A stretch of DNA of 63,680 bases, filler included, from Octopus bimaculoides (GCF_001194135.2; 5 parts of 5 records of this genome joined end to end with filler, not necessarily neighbours in it); one strand, 5' to 3'. Positions 11,770 to 24,694 are shown, numbered from the whole stretch's first letter. Numbers and translations: made by a program. The notes: a model not told the origin generated them from the sequence alone.

Positions 11770-12110
11770 AACATTAGCTATAATTGATACTTGATGCGTT
11801 TCTTTTAGTGCTATGCATATTGCTTCATTGTTTGCTACAAGGTTTATCAGTTATAGAATTTTACTTCTGTTAAGCTGTAAGAGTCCTTTGACGTCCATCA
11901 GTAGTTTTGGTGCGATGTTTGGATCAATATTAGTGGATGATAACACGAGACGACAATTTGTGGTAAATTTGCGTGTACTAGTGCATGGCTGCGGTTCTGT
12001 ATCTGCTGTAATCCATTCAGCAGCTATGCCACCTTCTACGCCATGCACGATAAACACTGCTACTCGACTGGTACATTTTTGATTACATCGGTATTCCAAG
12101 ATTTCATGGC
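11770..12110 (-). pseudogene. Possible LINE APE-endonuclease N-terminus remnant
   Basis: LLMDVKGLLQLNRSKIL*LINLVANNEAICIALKETH resembles the N.RGL...IAL.ETH start of APE domains; one in-frame stop. Confidence 0.35.
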
Positions 12111-12835
12111 AGTGATTGTATGTGTTGTATATTCTTCACACAAGTATTTGTGGTTCTTTCATATGCTTTCATGAATTAAATATCTTCGTTCCTGTTCTAT
12201 GGTTTTGCGAGGAATAGTCCGTTTAGTACAACAGCGTACGAATGAGACGGACAGAACCTCAATGGCTTGCGAAAAAAACCTTGAACAGATCTGCATCAAA
12301 TGGGTGTATACAATTAAAAAAAAAAACCTAATTGACTTCAAATCTGAGACCCCAGACAAACCTAATTCCCAATGAGAAACAGAAATAATGGTAGGAGTAC
12401 CATTCTCTGAAAAAGCAATCACAGAGATGTGGGAAATGAAATAAAAGTATAAGGGTCAAGTACTTCGATCGTAAGGTTTATGTCTTTTGCTAAATTAAAC
12501 TAATTCTCAGGGTAAATGCATGACACACAATGTTGCAAGGTTGGGATTTTGAATTAGTGATCCAATCCATCTAACGATGTTTCACATTCTGTCTGTCAAC
12601 TGGGTTTCCAATCACAAAGCTTGGGCCAACACGAGGAAATGAGAGATGTCAAGCAGTAGGATCGAATCCAAATAGAGAGACCAAATTTCTAATGATTTAG
12701 CTATGCCTGCATTCACTATGTGTGTAGAAGTGTGTGCTTGCATATATGTATGTATATATAAATGCGTATGTATGTGTGTTTATTTATACATATACACACA
12801 CAGAAATATATATATACATATATCAAATATAAATA

Positions 12836-12876
<41 letters not shown>

Positions 12877-12920
12877 NNNNNNNNNNNNNNNNNNNNNNNN
12901 NNNNNNNNNNNNNNNNNNNN

Positions 12921-12932
12921 TTAATTAATTAA
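12921..12932. other. Assembly linker TTAATTAATTAA between 44-N pads
   Basis: 44N+12+44N = 100 bp, identical at four sites. Confidence 0.97.
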
Positions 12933-12976
12933 NNNNNNNNNNNNNNNNNNNNNNNNNNNNNNNNNNNNNNNNNNNN

Positions 12977-13502
12977 ATACGTCTAATACTGAGGCATTCT
13001 GGCTGGAAGTCTTGGAATATAAAGATGCTACTGGAGGAAATCCTTTTAGAGATGTTACAAATTTTGCCATTAATCTATTGACATTGCCAAACTCAAATGC
13101 AGAAGTTGAATGGTTGTTCAGTAGTATGGGTGTAATCAAATCAAAATTGGGAAACAAAATGCATCTTCCTATGCTTAGATCAATAATACTGTCTATAAAA
13201 TATGGCATGAAAAGATATGGCAAATGTTGCAAAAACTTTGATATTCCAAAACACATAATTAATAAGATTGGGACCTTGAATGTATACGGAAGTCAAGACC
13301 TAGGCACTGCAACTGAAAGTGATCAAATCAGTGAAATTCAAGAAATTATTTCTCAATACTGAATATAATTAAAGAAAGTAAATAGAAATTAAGGTTTTTG
13401 ATATAATTAGTCTTTAGCATCGTTTTGTCATATTTAGCATTTTTTTGGTATTTTTTCTACTGAAATTTAGCATAAAATTCTGATTTTAAGTTGGCAACAC
13501 TG
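12977..13502 (+). mobile_element. hAT transposase C-terminal dimerisation domain plus right terminus
   Basis: FAINLLTLPNSNAEVEWLFSSMGVIKSKLGNKM fits LP.SNA..ER.FS.M..IK; repeated TTTAGCAT subterminal motifs; ends in TTGGCAACACTG (TIR CAGTGTTGCCAA). Confidence 0.8.
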
Positions 13503-13599
13503 GGATTGGTCATTGAATGAGACAACAATATATGATAACTAACGAAAGAATGACAAGTCGCAAGTGACAACTCTGAGGCCTAAAACGATTGATTGCCGA

Positions 13600-13746
13600 A
13601 TTAACCCATCCATGTCAGTATTTAATAGTTAAGTTGCATACAGACTTCCCACAAACTTGATGTAGTGGTTTTGATGTAATAAAACTGACCAATTTATTGT
13701 ATTGTTACTATTACGATCTTAAGGTGTTGAGTTTCATGATGTAAGT
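13600..13746 (+). promoter_or_regulatory. Candidate first exon/5' donor of a + strand gene
   Basis: TTCATGAT|GTAAGT donor at 13741, at the edge of the CpG-retaining region; inference only. Confidence 0.2.
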
Positions 13747-14473
13747 AAAAGGGTAAATTTCGATACTTTCACCGACACGATTTTCACTTTTTTTCCATTG
13801 AATGAATTACAGTGACCTCCTTATATACCACAAAACCCTTTTTTCTGGTCCGGAAAACATGGNNNNNNNNNNNNNNNNNNNNNNNNNNNNNNNNNNNNNN
13901 NNNNNNNNNNNNNNNNNNNNNNNNNNNNNNNNNNNNNNNNNNNNNNNNNNNNNNNNNNNNNNNNNNNNNNNNNNNNNNNNNNNNNNNNNNNNNNNNNNNN
14001 NNNNNNNNNNNNNNNNNNNNNNNNNNNNNNNNNNNNNNNNNNNNNNNNNNNNNNNNNNNNNNNNNNNNNNNNNNNNNNNNNNNNNNNNNNNNNNNNNNNN
14101 NNNNNNNNNNNNNNNNNNNNNNNNNNNNNNNNNNNNNNNNNNNNNNNNNNNNNNNNNNNNNNNNNNNNNNNNNNNNNNNNNNNNNNNNNNNNNNNNNNNN
14201 NNNNNNNNNNNNNNNNNNNNNNNNNNNNNNNNNNNNNNNNNNNNNNNNNNNNNNNNNNNNNNNNNNNNNNNNNNNNNNNNNNNNNNNNNNNNNNNNNNNN
14301 NNNNNNNNNNNNNNNNNNNNNNNNNNNNNNNNNNNNNNNNNNNNNNNNNNNNNNNNNNNNNNNNNNNNNNNNNNNNNNNNNNNNNNNNNNNNNNNNNNNN
14401 NNNNNNNNNNNNNNNNNNNNNNNNNNNNNNNNNNNNNNNNNNNNNNNNNNNNNNNNNNNNNNNNNNNNNNNNN

Positions 14474-14862
14474 GATGCCCTTCCTAATGCCAAACACTCC
14501 AAGAGTGTAGTGGGTGCTTTTTAAGTCCCACTGGTAGGGGAGCCAGTCAGGTGGCACTGGCATGGTGCTTTTTACGTGTCACCAGCACTGGCATCAGCTG
14601 CATATCTAATCAGCAGCATGTAGAAAGCACCATTCGAGCATGGTCAATGCCAGTGCCACCTGACTGGCCCCCATGCCGATGGCACTTAAAAAGCACTCTC
14701 TACACTCTTGGAGTGGTTGGCATTAGGAAGGTCATCCAGCTGTAGAAACCTTGCCAGAACAGATCGGAGCCTGGTACAGCCTCCTGGCTTGCCAGTCCAC
14801 AGTTAAACCGTCCAACTCATGCTAGTATGGAAAGCAGACATTAAACAATGATGATGATGACA
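14474..14862 (+). mobile_element. RTE LINE 3'-UTR copy ending in (GAT)n
   Basis: Homologous to 15003-15410 and 52050-52640; tail attaaacaatgatgatga. Confidence 0.85.
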
Positions 14863-15002
14863 TGTATAATATATTGCAATACCGTTGAAAGATTAGGTAA
14901 ACTTTGTCTCTCTCTCACTTTACACAAAAACGAAACTCATTAGTTACCTGATTTTGGCACCCTGTTTTTCAAATCTATTCTGCAATCTGGAATTATTATC
15001 AA

Positions 15003-16710
15003 CATCATCATCGTTTAACGTCTGCTTTCCATGCTAGCATGGGTTGGATAATTTGACTGAGGACTGGTGAACCTGATGGCTGCACCAGGTTCCAATCTGA
15101 TCTTGCAGAGTTTCTACAGCTGGATGCCCTTCCTAACGCCAACCACTCCGAGAGTGTAGTGGGTACTTTTACGTGCCACCGTCACGAGGGCCAGTCACAC
15201 AGAACTGGCAACAGCCACACTCAAAATGGTGTTTTTTACGTGCCACCTGCACAGGAGCCAGTCCAGCAGCACTGGTAACGACCTCACTCAAATGATTGTC
15301 TAATGTGCCACTGGTAATGATCATGCTCAAATGGTGCTATTTACAGGCCACTAGCACGGAAGCCAGACAGCTACTCTGGCAATGACCACGCTTGGACAGT
15401 GCTGTTAGTGCTCTACTGGCATCGAATATGGTTCAATTACGATTCGATTTCACTTACCCCAACAGGTCTTCGCAAGCAGAGTTTAGTGTCCAATGAAGGA
15501 GAGGTTGGCATGGGTGCCAGTCGTTGAATTTGGTTCGATTTCAAATTCACTTGCCTCAACAGGTCCTAGCAAGCAGAGTTTAGTGTCCAATGAAGTAAAG
15601 ATACGAATAAGTGAGCTGGCTACACTTCTGGCAGAGGTCACAGATTATGCTCTCAATTGGCTTGCTGGGTCTTCTCACGTACTGCATATTTCCAAAGGCT
15701 CTGGTCACTAGTCATTGCCTCGGTGAGGCCTAATGTTCGAAGGTCATGCTTCACCACCTCATCCCAGGTCTACCTCTTCCACAGGTTCCCTCAACTGCTA
15801 GGGTGTGGCACTTTTTCACACAGCTTTCCTCATCCATTCTTGCCACATGTCCATACCAGTTCAATCGTCTCTCTTGCACACCACAACTGATGCTTCTTAG
15901 GTCTAACTTTTCTCTCAAGGTACTTACACTCGGTTGAGTATGCACGCTGACATTGCACATCTATTGGAGCATACTGGCTTCATTTCTTGCGAGCTTACAC
16001 ATGTCCTCAGCAGTCACGGCCCATGTAGCATGGCTGTTTGTACACATGCGTCATACAGTCTACCTTTTACTCTGAGTGAGAATATCTTTGTCACCAGCAG
16101 AGGTAAGAGCTTTCTAAACTTTGCCCAGGCTATTCTTATTCTAGCAGCTACACTTTCAGTGCACCCTCCCCTGCTACAAACATGGTCACCTAGGTAGCAG
16201 AAGCTATCAACTACTTCTAGTTTTTCTCCCAGGAGTGTGGCAAAGGTTGTTTACTGCACATTTTCAGTGTTTATTGCACCTGAGCATTTGCCAAAAACAA
16301 AAACTATCTTGCTAGTTAGCCTTCCTTTGATATTGCTGCACCTCTTATGTGTCCATAGCTTACACTGGGTACATCTTATGGCGTTTCTACCTACGCCTTT
16401 TCTACAGATCGAGCTGGGCCATCTACCTGAAGAGGTTTGTGTCTTATCTATCTTCCTACTTATTAGGACTTTGGTTTTAGCTATATTGACTCTAAGGCCC
16501 CTCGATTCTAGTCCTTGCTTCCACACCTGAAACTTCTCCTCTAGTTCTGATAGTGACTCAGCAATTAGGGCAAGGTCATCAGCATAGAGGAGCTCCTAGG
16601 GGCATCCCGTCTTGAATTCCTGTGTTATTGCTTGGAGGACTATGATAAATAGGAGGGGACTGAGGACTGAGCCTTGGTGGACCCCTATCTCTACCTGGAA
16701 TTCTTCACTG
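15003..16710 (-). mobile_element. RTE-clade LINE, 5'-truncated: RT core, PHD-like finger, C-terminus, 3' UTR and (GAT)n tail
   Basis: GVHQGSVLSPLLFIIVL..ELLYADDLALIAES..GLRVNIAKTKV; SICRKGVGRNAIRCTQCKLWTHKRC; ERRLNWYGHVARM; one premature stop and an internal break near 16235. Confidence 0.95.
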
Positions 16711-16714
16711 CACG

Positions 16715-16862
16715 ACTGGCTTCTTTCAGTTTCAGTTTACTAAGTCCATTCACAAGGTTGGCCTGAGCCTATAGTAAAAGACACTTGCCTAAGGTGCCAT
16801 GCAGTGGGACTGAACCCGGAACCATGTACTTGGGAAGCAAGCTGCTTACCACACAGCCATTC
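16715..16862 (-). mobile_element. tRNA-head SINE copy (family with >=12 copies in the window)
   Basis: Minus strand TGGCTGTGTGGT (A box)..GGTTCAGTCCC (B box)..CCTTAGGCAAGT; other copies near 23100, 26235, 48640, 58580. Confidence 0.8.
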
Positions 16863-17977
16863 CTATGCCTATATTGTTAAAGATTACTATACTCTCTCTT
16901 TCATCTATCACCTATCAAATAAAATCAATATTAATTTAAAATAAGTCCTTTTGATATAACTTTTTGAGCATAGATTGTCTCCTTTTCCAGCTGGTGTAGC
17001 CATGTATCTCCTCTACTGCAAGACTGATGTTCCTATTCCTCTGTTAGACTCTTGCCTTTCAATGTCTCACATAAACCATTTACCTCAAACAAGGAGTTTT
17101 ATCTTGCAAGCTACTTGGCAACCTCACCCACACTAATGACACAAAAAAGGTACCCAGTACACTCAGTAAGATGGTTGGCATTAGGAAGAGCATCCAACCA
17201 TAGAAACTATATTTGACATTGAAGCTTGGCACAGTCCTCTGACCTGTTGGATTCTGTCAACCTGTTCATCCCATATCAACATGGAATATGGGTGCTAAAT
17301 GATGATGATGATGAACAAGGTTCATAACTTTTGTACTTTATATAAATCTATTTGAAAAGAAAATAATTCAAATAATCCAGCTTCAATTCTATATACGAAA
17401 GTATATAGAATTAAAGTTAAATTAATTAAATAACTAGATTTCAGACATTTTCAAACCTCTAAAATAACTAAATGAAGATGGGGTAATACATCCTTGGCAA
17501 ATACTTTTGCACTCGACAAAATAAAGGTAGTTTTAAACAAGTTAAGATGTTAATGTTCCTGTGATTTGCAGAGTGCCAAAACATTAACTTATTCTTGGAC
17601 TTAGTTGCTTTCAGTGGATAAGGAATGAATCCTTCTGCCGATTAGAACATTAGTTTATTATGAGTAACATTGATTGAAGAACTGATAAATATCAGTCTTT
17701 GTCTTAGTTTTTATTCTTATTTCTTGTTTGAAAGGATTTTTTAATAAAAGGTTTTACTTGTTTTATATTAAGAAAGTAAGACAACAGTTCTCATTGGACA
17801 CAGGTACCAGCTGTTTGCTTGATTTGCTATGAGTTTGTATCTCATCATCATAGATAATGCATTATGTATTTTGAGCATGGAAGCTGTTTCTATTTGCATC
17901 TACCTTTAAGTGGGATGTACTCAGTTTACCTTTTTGTTGTTGTCGTTCTTTAATTACACAAGTGTTTTTGTATGCAG

Positions 17978-18034
17978 ATAAATATGTTTGTAAGTTCACA
18001 ATGAATCACCCGGCTGCTGCAGAGGCTGGTATTC
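17978..18034 (+). CDS. Candidate 57-nt internal exon (phase 1-1, xKYVCKFTMNHPAAAEAGI)
   Basis: gtttttgtatgcag acceptor, TTC|GTAAGT donor, GC-richer than flanks, open in one frame only. Confidence 0.55.
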
Positions 18035-18449
18035 GTAAGTGGAAAATAAACATGATTAAGATGGTTTTTGTGTTACATGTCCAGTAGATAGCCATCTTTC
18101 CCATTTTTCTTAAATGCTATTCCAGTTGTTGGTTCTAATAAAATCTGATATAGTAATAAAATAACAATTAATAAACAGTTTATTTAAAAAGTTGAAGTTT
18201 CCCCTTTTGTGTTTCATATAAGGATTTTGGTGATTTAAGTAAGTAATGAGTTAAACATACTTCAGATGGTAAAAGACTAATTTCAAATGTAGTGGTGAAA
18301 TATAAGCAACTGAATTGTCTGTTGGTAAATATATTGTAATATTATGATCNNNNNNNNNNNNNNNNNNNNNNNNNNNNNNNNNNNNNNNNNNNNNNNNNNN
18401 NNNNNNNNNNNNNNNNNNNNNNNNNNNNNNNNNNNNNNNNNNNNNNNNN

Positions 18450-18497
18450 CCAAACTGCATCTCATCTAAACTGACTCTCTCCCTAATTAGTTGGGCT
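18450..18497 (-). mobile_element. Short RTE RT fragment running into a gap
   Basis: AQLIRERVSLDEMQF, near-identical to 20900-20945. Confidence 0.85.
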
Positions 18498-18769
18498 AGT
18501 GATTTTAAGAGGTATGAAAAGATATTTTGTTTTAATATTATACGTTTAATTGTTTCACATACATACACAAACTCTGTGTTTTTTAAATGAATTTTGTATC
18601 ATTCTTTATCTCTCCACACACTTCGTTACCACTATAACCTCTGCATTTTCACTTATTCTTTTCAAACTTGTTTGAATTTTATCTAATGTAATCCACGCTC
18701 TCTCTAAAATGTATTTCTGCAAAATGTTATCTAAAAATAAGGGTAAAGAAAGAAACAGCAAATAATATT

Positions 18770-19340
18770 TGAAAATGGGGGTGGTGGTGGAATTTCCAAG
18801 GTTCCACTCCACCCCGTTTTCCGGACCAAAATACCAAAAAAGGGTTTTTGTGGCATATTAGGTTGCCGTAATTCATTCAACAGAAAAAAAGAATTTTCCA
18901 ATGATTCTGTGTTGGAGGGGCGGGGGGCTCCTTTTCTGTACAAAAACAAGAGGTTTGCAGCATATTAAGAGGTCAGGGTACTTGATTCCATGCAAAAAGT
19001 CTGAGTTTTTTTTTCTTAGTGAAAATCATGCGGGTGAAAGTATCAAGATTTACCAACAAAAGTACTGGTAGATTAAGAAGTCTCTCTTCAATTTTACCTT
19101 CATAACCATACTGTACAAACACAAGAGAATAGTACCGTCCTATTGGGCTGGAGGTTGCAAAATCAGGAGGAAGGTAATGAGAGGTGATGAAAATAATCAA
19201 AATTTGGAAATGAAACTGCAGTAATACTTCGGTAGCGCTCTAGATACAAGACCGCGCTATAGGTTTGGGTGGGATGGAGGTTATTATAACAGAGCATAGT
19301 GGTACAAGTTGGATGGACTCTTGCACAAAAGAAGGTTATA
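18770..19340. mobile_element. Unclassified interspersed repeat (part matches 13785-13862 in reverse)
   Basis: gttttccggacca..aaaaagggtttt..gtgg.atat..taattcattcaa shared in opposite orientation. Confidence 0.4.
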
Positions 19341-19829
19341 CGCGCAAACATATATCTGCCAAATAACTGAAACCTTCAAAAGATTAGCTATAAGAGTCTT
19401 CAAGCGTTTCATAATTTTGAATTAACTCACAGTGTGATGATACCTATTGTGACCGAAAGTTATGACATTAGAAATGAGTTTAAGATCATATAAAATTATG
19501 AAACAGGTTAAATTTATCAACTTTAATCATGAGTACATTGGCCATAAATTCATTTGAAAAGCAACAGTCTGAAATTGGATAGAATAGGCAGCACCTGAGA
19601 TGGAGCAGACTGTAGTTCTTTCTCGCATATTAATTGTTTTTTATGATATTTGCATTTTGTTTTTTAAGCTTTATCTCATGAAATTATTAAACTGGTTTTA
19701 TTACTCAAATTTAATCACATCTAACTCACTATTAATTATGTTGAAAAGTAGCTACACAAAATAAGACAGGAAACTGTATCTGGGATGAAGGTCTGAGTTA
19801 TGGTACTTCCTTACATATTGGTTGCTTGT

Positions 19830-20760
19830 TGACAAATACATTTTATGTCACCCTTGTAGCAAGTCTTCTCTCTTGAAGCAGTACATGGTAGCAGGGTATC
19901 ATATCCAGGACATTTTCCCCCTTACTGCTACACTCTTAGCCACCGTCATTCTCAGTAAACTGGTTCATGATTTCCGATATCTTGGCCAGGCTGTTATTGA
20001 GGAAATGAGCATCAAGAATCCCTTCTGTTACTGGCCTCCTTTTCTGCAAGAACAACAATAAATCCCGTCATGCTTCAGTTGAAGTTCTCTTGATGTCTGC
20101 TTTCCATAGTGGAAATTTGCTAATGGAAACATTGACTGTTAATAGTCAAGTTTGGTAAGGAAGAAATCAAAAGTGAGAATATAAAAATTGCATTTTAAGA
20201 GACCTATCCCATTTTTTCATAAAATTTTGGCTTGCCATCTACCAGTTTAGAGTAGTTTTAATGCTCTTAGTGAGGCCAATTTTAATGTGGAGCAGGGAAG
20301 ACATCTAGTCAGAGAATCATCCAGTGCTGTGTATTGCACATTAAATTCACCAACATATTAGCTTGAGGTTGTCAATCTTTTTGTAGTGATTCTTACCTCT
20401 GTTATTCCACACAAACAAAAACCATATATGCTTTGTGCTGGCATATGTAAACTAAGAAACAACAATGTAACTTTAAGATTGCCACAAATGTATGTTCCTT
20501 GTAGTTGATGAGCCTAAGAATTTGCAGAGCCTCATAGGTATCATTAAAGCAAGTGGCATGTGCTGCAGGTATTAAAGGTTTCTCATTGGCATTGTGCAAT
20601 AAGATAGTTTTAAGACTTACTTCAGTAGAGAAAATGAAAGGGTCTCCACTCTTTGTGATCATTATCATGACCAATCTTCTACCTCAGGCCGCTGATATTA
20701 ATGCAGAAACAAACTCCTACTTCATTCCATTCTGAAGTCTGGAACCAGGCAACACTTGCT
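19830..20760 (-). pseudogene. Decayed DNA transposase, most like Chapaev3 (CMC)
   Basis: SLKTILLHNANEKPLIPAAHAT..TYEAL..INYKEH; later LHIKIGL and YCFKRE-like motifs, matching the recalled SLKAVLLHNGN / PPLHIKLGL / DYCW.L.RE family; many frameshifts. Family name is from memory. Confidence 0.65.
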
Positions 20761-20827
20761 TTTTTTATTTATTTTTTTTTTTTNNNNNNNNNNNNNNNNN
20801 NNNNNNNNNNNNNNNNNNNNNNNNNNN

Positions 20828-20839
20828 TTAATTAATTAA
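20828..20839. other. Assembly linker TTAATTAATTAA
   Basis: 44-N pads each side. Confidence 0.97.
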
Positions 20840-20883
20840 NNNNNNNNNNNNNNNNNNNNNNNNNNNNNNNNNNNNNNNNNNNN

Positions 20884-21225
20884 TACCTGGCACGAACCCA
20901 AACTGCATCTCATCTAAATTGATTCGCTCCCTAATTAGTTGGGCTATGACCCTCTCTGTAACTTTCATAACCTGATCTAACAGCTTGATGCCTCTGTAAT
21001 TATTTGTATCTAAAGCGTCCCCTTTACCTTTGTAGCAGTTGACTATGATGCTGCTACACCAGTCATAGGGTATGACTCCTTCGTGTATCACCTGGTTCGT
21101 AATACGGGTGACTAGGCTATAGCCAACACTGCCAGATATTTTGAGCATCTCTGCAGTGATTCCTGATGGGCCGGGGGCTTTCCCGGTCTTCATACTCTTA
21201 ATTGCTTTATCTACCCTGGTACTAT
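20884..21225 (-). mobile_element. RTE LINE RT N-terminal domains (open frame, cut by gap)
   Basis: MKTGKAPGPSGITAEMLK..YKGKGDALDTNNYRGIKLLDQVMKVTERV..MQFGFVPG. Confidence 0.95.
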
Positions 21226-22258
21226 CAACTCGGATAGCTGGTCCCTCTATTGGGTCGACATAAGGCAGGCTCTCTTTCTCCCATCAAGTATTTCAATAGA
21301 AAATACATTGTACATAATCTAAACAAAGCATATTGAAGGTGCACAGAGATGCACTGTGTTGTGCAGTGATAGTATGCAATAAAAATAAGATTACTCAATA
21401 ATAATGATGATGATGATGATGCCAAATACTCATGAACCTAATATAAAAAAAAGCACAGGCACATGTAGACTACGTTTGTTTATCTTGCAACACACGTTTT
21501 AAAAATATATTCTGTATGTGCACATAGGAATGTGAATTGCAATATGCATGTATGAGAAGCATTTGCGTACACATGATTTTTGATATGCACACATGAAGGT
21601 ATACCTAAAGAAATGTGCATTCATGTAAGATCATGTAAAAGTAAATTATTATCTTCTTTTTTTCTTTTTTTCTTAAAAAATAATGTCTATAAATAAAATC
21701 TGTGGAAATTTTTTAAATCCTAATGTATTGCATTCTTCTCAATAAGATTAAAAGATATTATGAATAAGAAATGAAAAAGAGAAGATAAAAGGAAATCCAT
21801 TAGTAAATATCTCTTTAGAAACTTCACTGAATGTCTCTGATTTATTTGGAACAATGATGCCAAAATACTCTTTCTCTCTCTCTCTCTCTCTCCCCCTCTC
21901 TCCCTCTCTCTCTCTCTCTCCCACTCTCCACCTATCCTCCTTTCTCTCTCTCACACACACACATGCATACATATATATATACGGTCTGGTAATGCTATAA
22001 TAATTATGTTCAAATAAACATGCTTATCTTATACTTTTGAAGTTTGCATCCAACACACATATCATATGTGTGTTTATGGGTATACATGCGGGGAGAGAGT
22101 GAGAGAGAGGGAGAGAGACAGACAGAGTCAAAGACAAAGGGAAAAAGCATAGAAGACAATCTGTAACTACTTGCAACTACATAGGTACCTGAAACAATTA
22201 GTGGAAGTGTGGTACAAGGTCATACTTGCTTGTGAGTGACAGCTAAACTAGATTACAT

Positions 22259-22310
<52 letters not shown>

Positions 22311-22504
22311 TGTAAGAATAAAGACAACAAAGGGAAAATAAAGAAACAAACAGGGTGTATTAGGTCGTTGCTCTGGAAAGTTAGAAAAATTCTTTAACAT
22401 TTCAAGCATATTGCTTGCCTATGGAAAGGACAGATGAGGAAACAGAAAGATAAACACATCTGCTTTCTATGCTGGCATTTTTGGACTGTTCTACATTTTT
22501 GCAG

Positions 22505-22578
22505 TGCAAACAGAAGAAGGATGTCCTGACAGTGAGTTTCATGAAGTGCTGACCACTCTTCAGAGAAGCAATGCCTGA
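22505..22578 (+). CDS. Candidate exon (LQTEEGCPDSEFHEVLTTLQRSNA*), or a 27-nt microexon 22505-22531 if the internal GTGAGT donor is used
   Basis: ctacatttttgcag acceptor; in frame with 17978-18034 (C|TG); ACA|GTGAGT at 22532. Confidence 0.45.
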
Positions 22579-23649
22579 CTTTCTTCTGAAATCAACAGCA
22601 CAGATCAGTTGATACAGAAAGCATTCATGAATAAGACTAATACCTTCATGGATAACTGAGTTTTTTATATTTGTGCTTTTGATGACTCATCAGTAATCAA
22701 ACAATATATATTTTATGCCATCATCTTCATCAGTTTAACATCCACTTCTCCATGCTCACATGAGTCAGAGAGAAATTTGTCAAGGCATATTTTCTACAAC
22801 TGGATGTCCTTCCTGTCATCAACTCTCACCTGTTTCCAGGGAAGATTATATTGTCCTATCACCTGACATGTTTTCATAAAAGATTGGAAACAAAGGATGC
22901 TTCTTCGTGTATGTGTGTGTGTGTGTGTGTGTGTGAGTGTATATATGTATGTATGTGTGTGAGTATATAAATATGAGGCTACAAAATTTTAAATTTCATA
23001 GTCGAATCAAACTGTTTTAAGTAATAAATGTAACTCATATCAAATGTGTTGAGTGCCACTTACTTTCATTTGTCCACTCATGCATATATAAACAAGATAG
23101 GCTTCTTTCAGTTTCTCTCTACCATATCCACTCACAAGGCTTCAAGTGGCCTGAGGCTATAGAAGATGACAGTATAAATCAAAAGTGAAATACATTTAAA
23201 TATAAGAAGGCCTAACTTGTTCTGACCAGTTGTTTGGCAAAACTTGGACAAACTGTTATCACGAGATGTAATTATGTCTTCTCTCTTTATCCCAAGTTCT
23301 GTACATGATAATATTGCACTCTGTATGAGATATAGTTGTATGTAGTTTAGAATTATTACATTATGATATATATTGATAAATACATGTGAAGATGTATGTG
23401 TGTGTGCATGTGTATATATATGTATGTATATATATATATATATATATGCCTAACTATATATATATAGTTAGGCATATTAATATACATACACATCTGTATA
23501 TGTATGTCTGTCCTGTGTAAATGTTCATATTTTAATTTGTGGGGTAGGTATACATCACGTGTATCTGAGTGTATATATATACATACACATATATATATAC
23601 ACATGAACATGTATGCATATGTATGTGTGTGTGTGTGTGTGTGTGTGTA

Positions 23650-24460
23650 TTTATATATATATGTACATACACTTATTGATATTTACATATGAATATCTAT
23701 GCACACCTGTGTGTGTATGCATACAGATATTATATATATTTATACATACACTTATTGATATTTACATATGAATATCTATGCACACCTGTGTGTGTGTGTG
23801 TATATNNNNNNNNNNACATATGAATATCTATGCACACCTGTGTGTGTGTGTGTATACATACAGATATTATATATATTTATACATACACTTATTGATATTT
23901 ACATATGAATATCTATGCACACCTGTGTGTGTGTGTGTATACATACAGATATCATATATATTTATACATACACTTATTGATATTTACATATGAATATCTA
24001 TGCACACCTGTGTGTGTGTGTGTATATACATACAGATATATATATTTATACATACACTTATTGATATTTACATATGAATATCTATGCACACCTGTGTGTG
24101 TGTGTGTGTGTGTATACATACAGATATCATATATATTTATACATACACTTATTGATATTTACATATGAATATCTATGCACACCTGTGTGTGTGTGTGTAT
24201 ACATACAGATATTATGNNNNNNNNNNNNNNNNNNNNNNNNNNNNNNNNNNNNNNNNNNNNNNNNNNNNNNNNNNNNNNNNNNNNNNNNNNNNNNNNNNNN
24301 NNNNNNNNNNNNNNNNNNNNNNNNNNNNNNNNNNNNNNNNNNNNNNNNNNATATATATATTTATACATACACTTATTGATATTTACATATGAATATCTAT
24401 GCACACCTGTGTGTGTGTGTGTATACATACAGATATTATGTATATTTATACATACACTTA
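23650..24460. repeat. Minisatellite, 79-91-bp unit with variable internal (TG)n, >=8 copies, partly in gaps
   Basis: ACTTATTGATATTTACATATGAATATCTATGCACACC recurs at 23671, 23750, 23887, 23972, 24056, 24147, 24371 (partial at ~23816). Confidence 0.97.
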
Positions 24461-24694
24461 CTGCAAATTAATTTAAAAGTATAAATTTTGAAAACATACA
24501 TTAATCACTATTGATTTTGTTTTTGCATAGACACAAGGCCTTACCTTAGATTTATAGGGGATGAGAAATGATATTAATCAATATTAATTTTAAAAGATGT
24601 TCGTTGGTAAATACATCTTTAATGAAAGAAATTATTATGATTGAATTGTTTCATTTTCTTGAGTGAATCACAAAGACAAATTTTAAAATTTATG

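Noticed and set aside
22576-22578. TGA as possible selenocysteine
   Set aside because: Another TGA follows three codons later and no SECIS-like element was recognised
23650-24460. CRISPR-like array
   Set aside because: Eukaryotic context, and the inter-repeat segments are microsatellites rather than unique spacers
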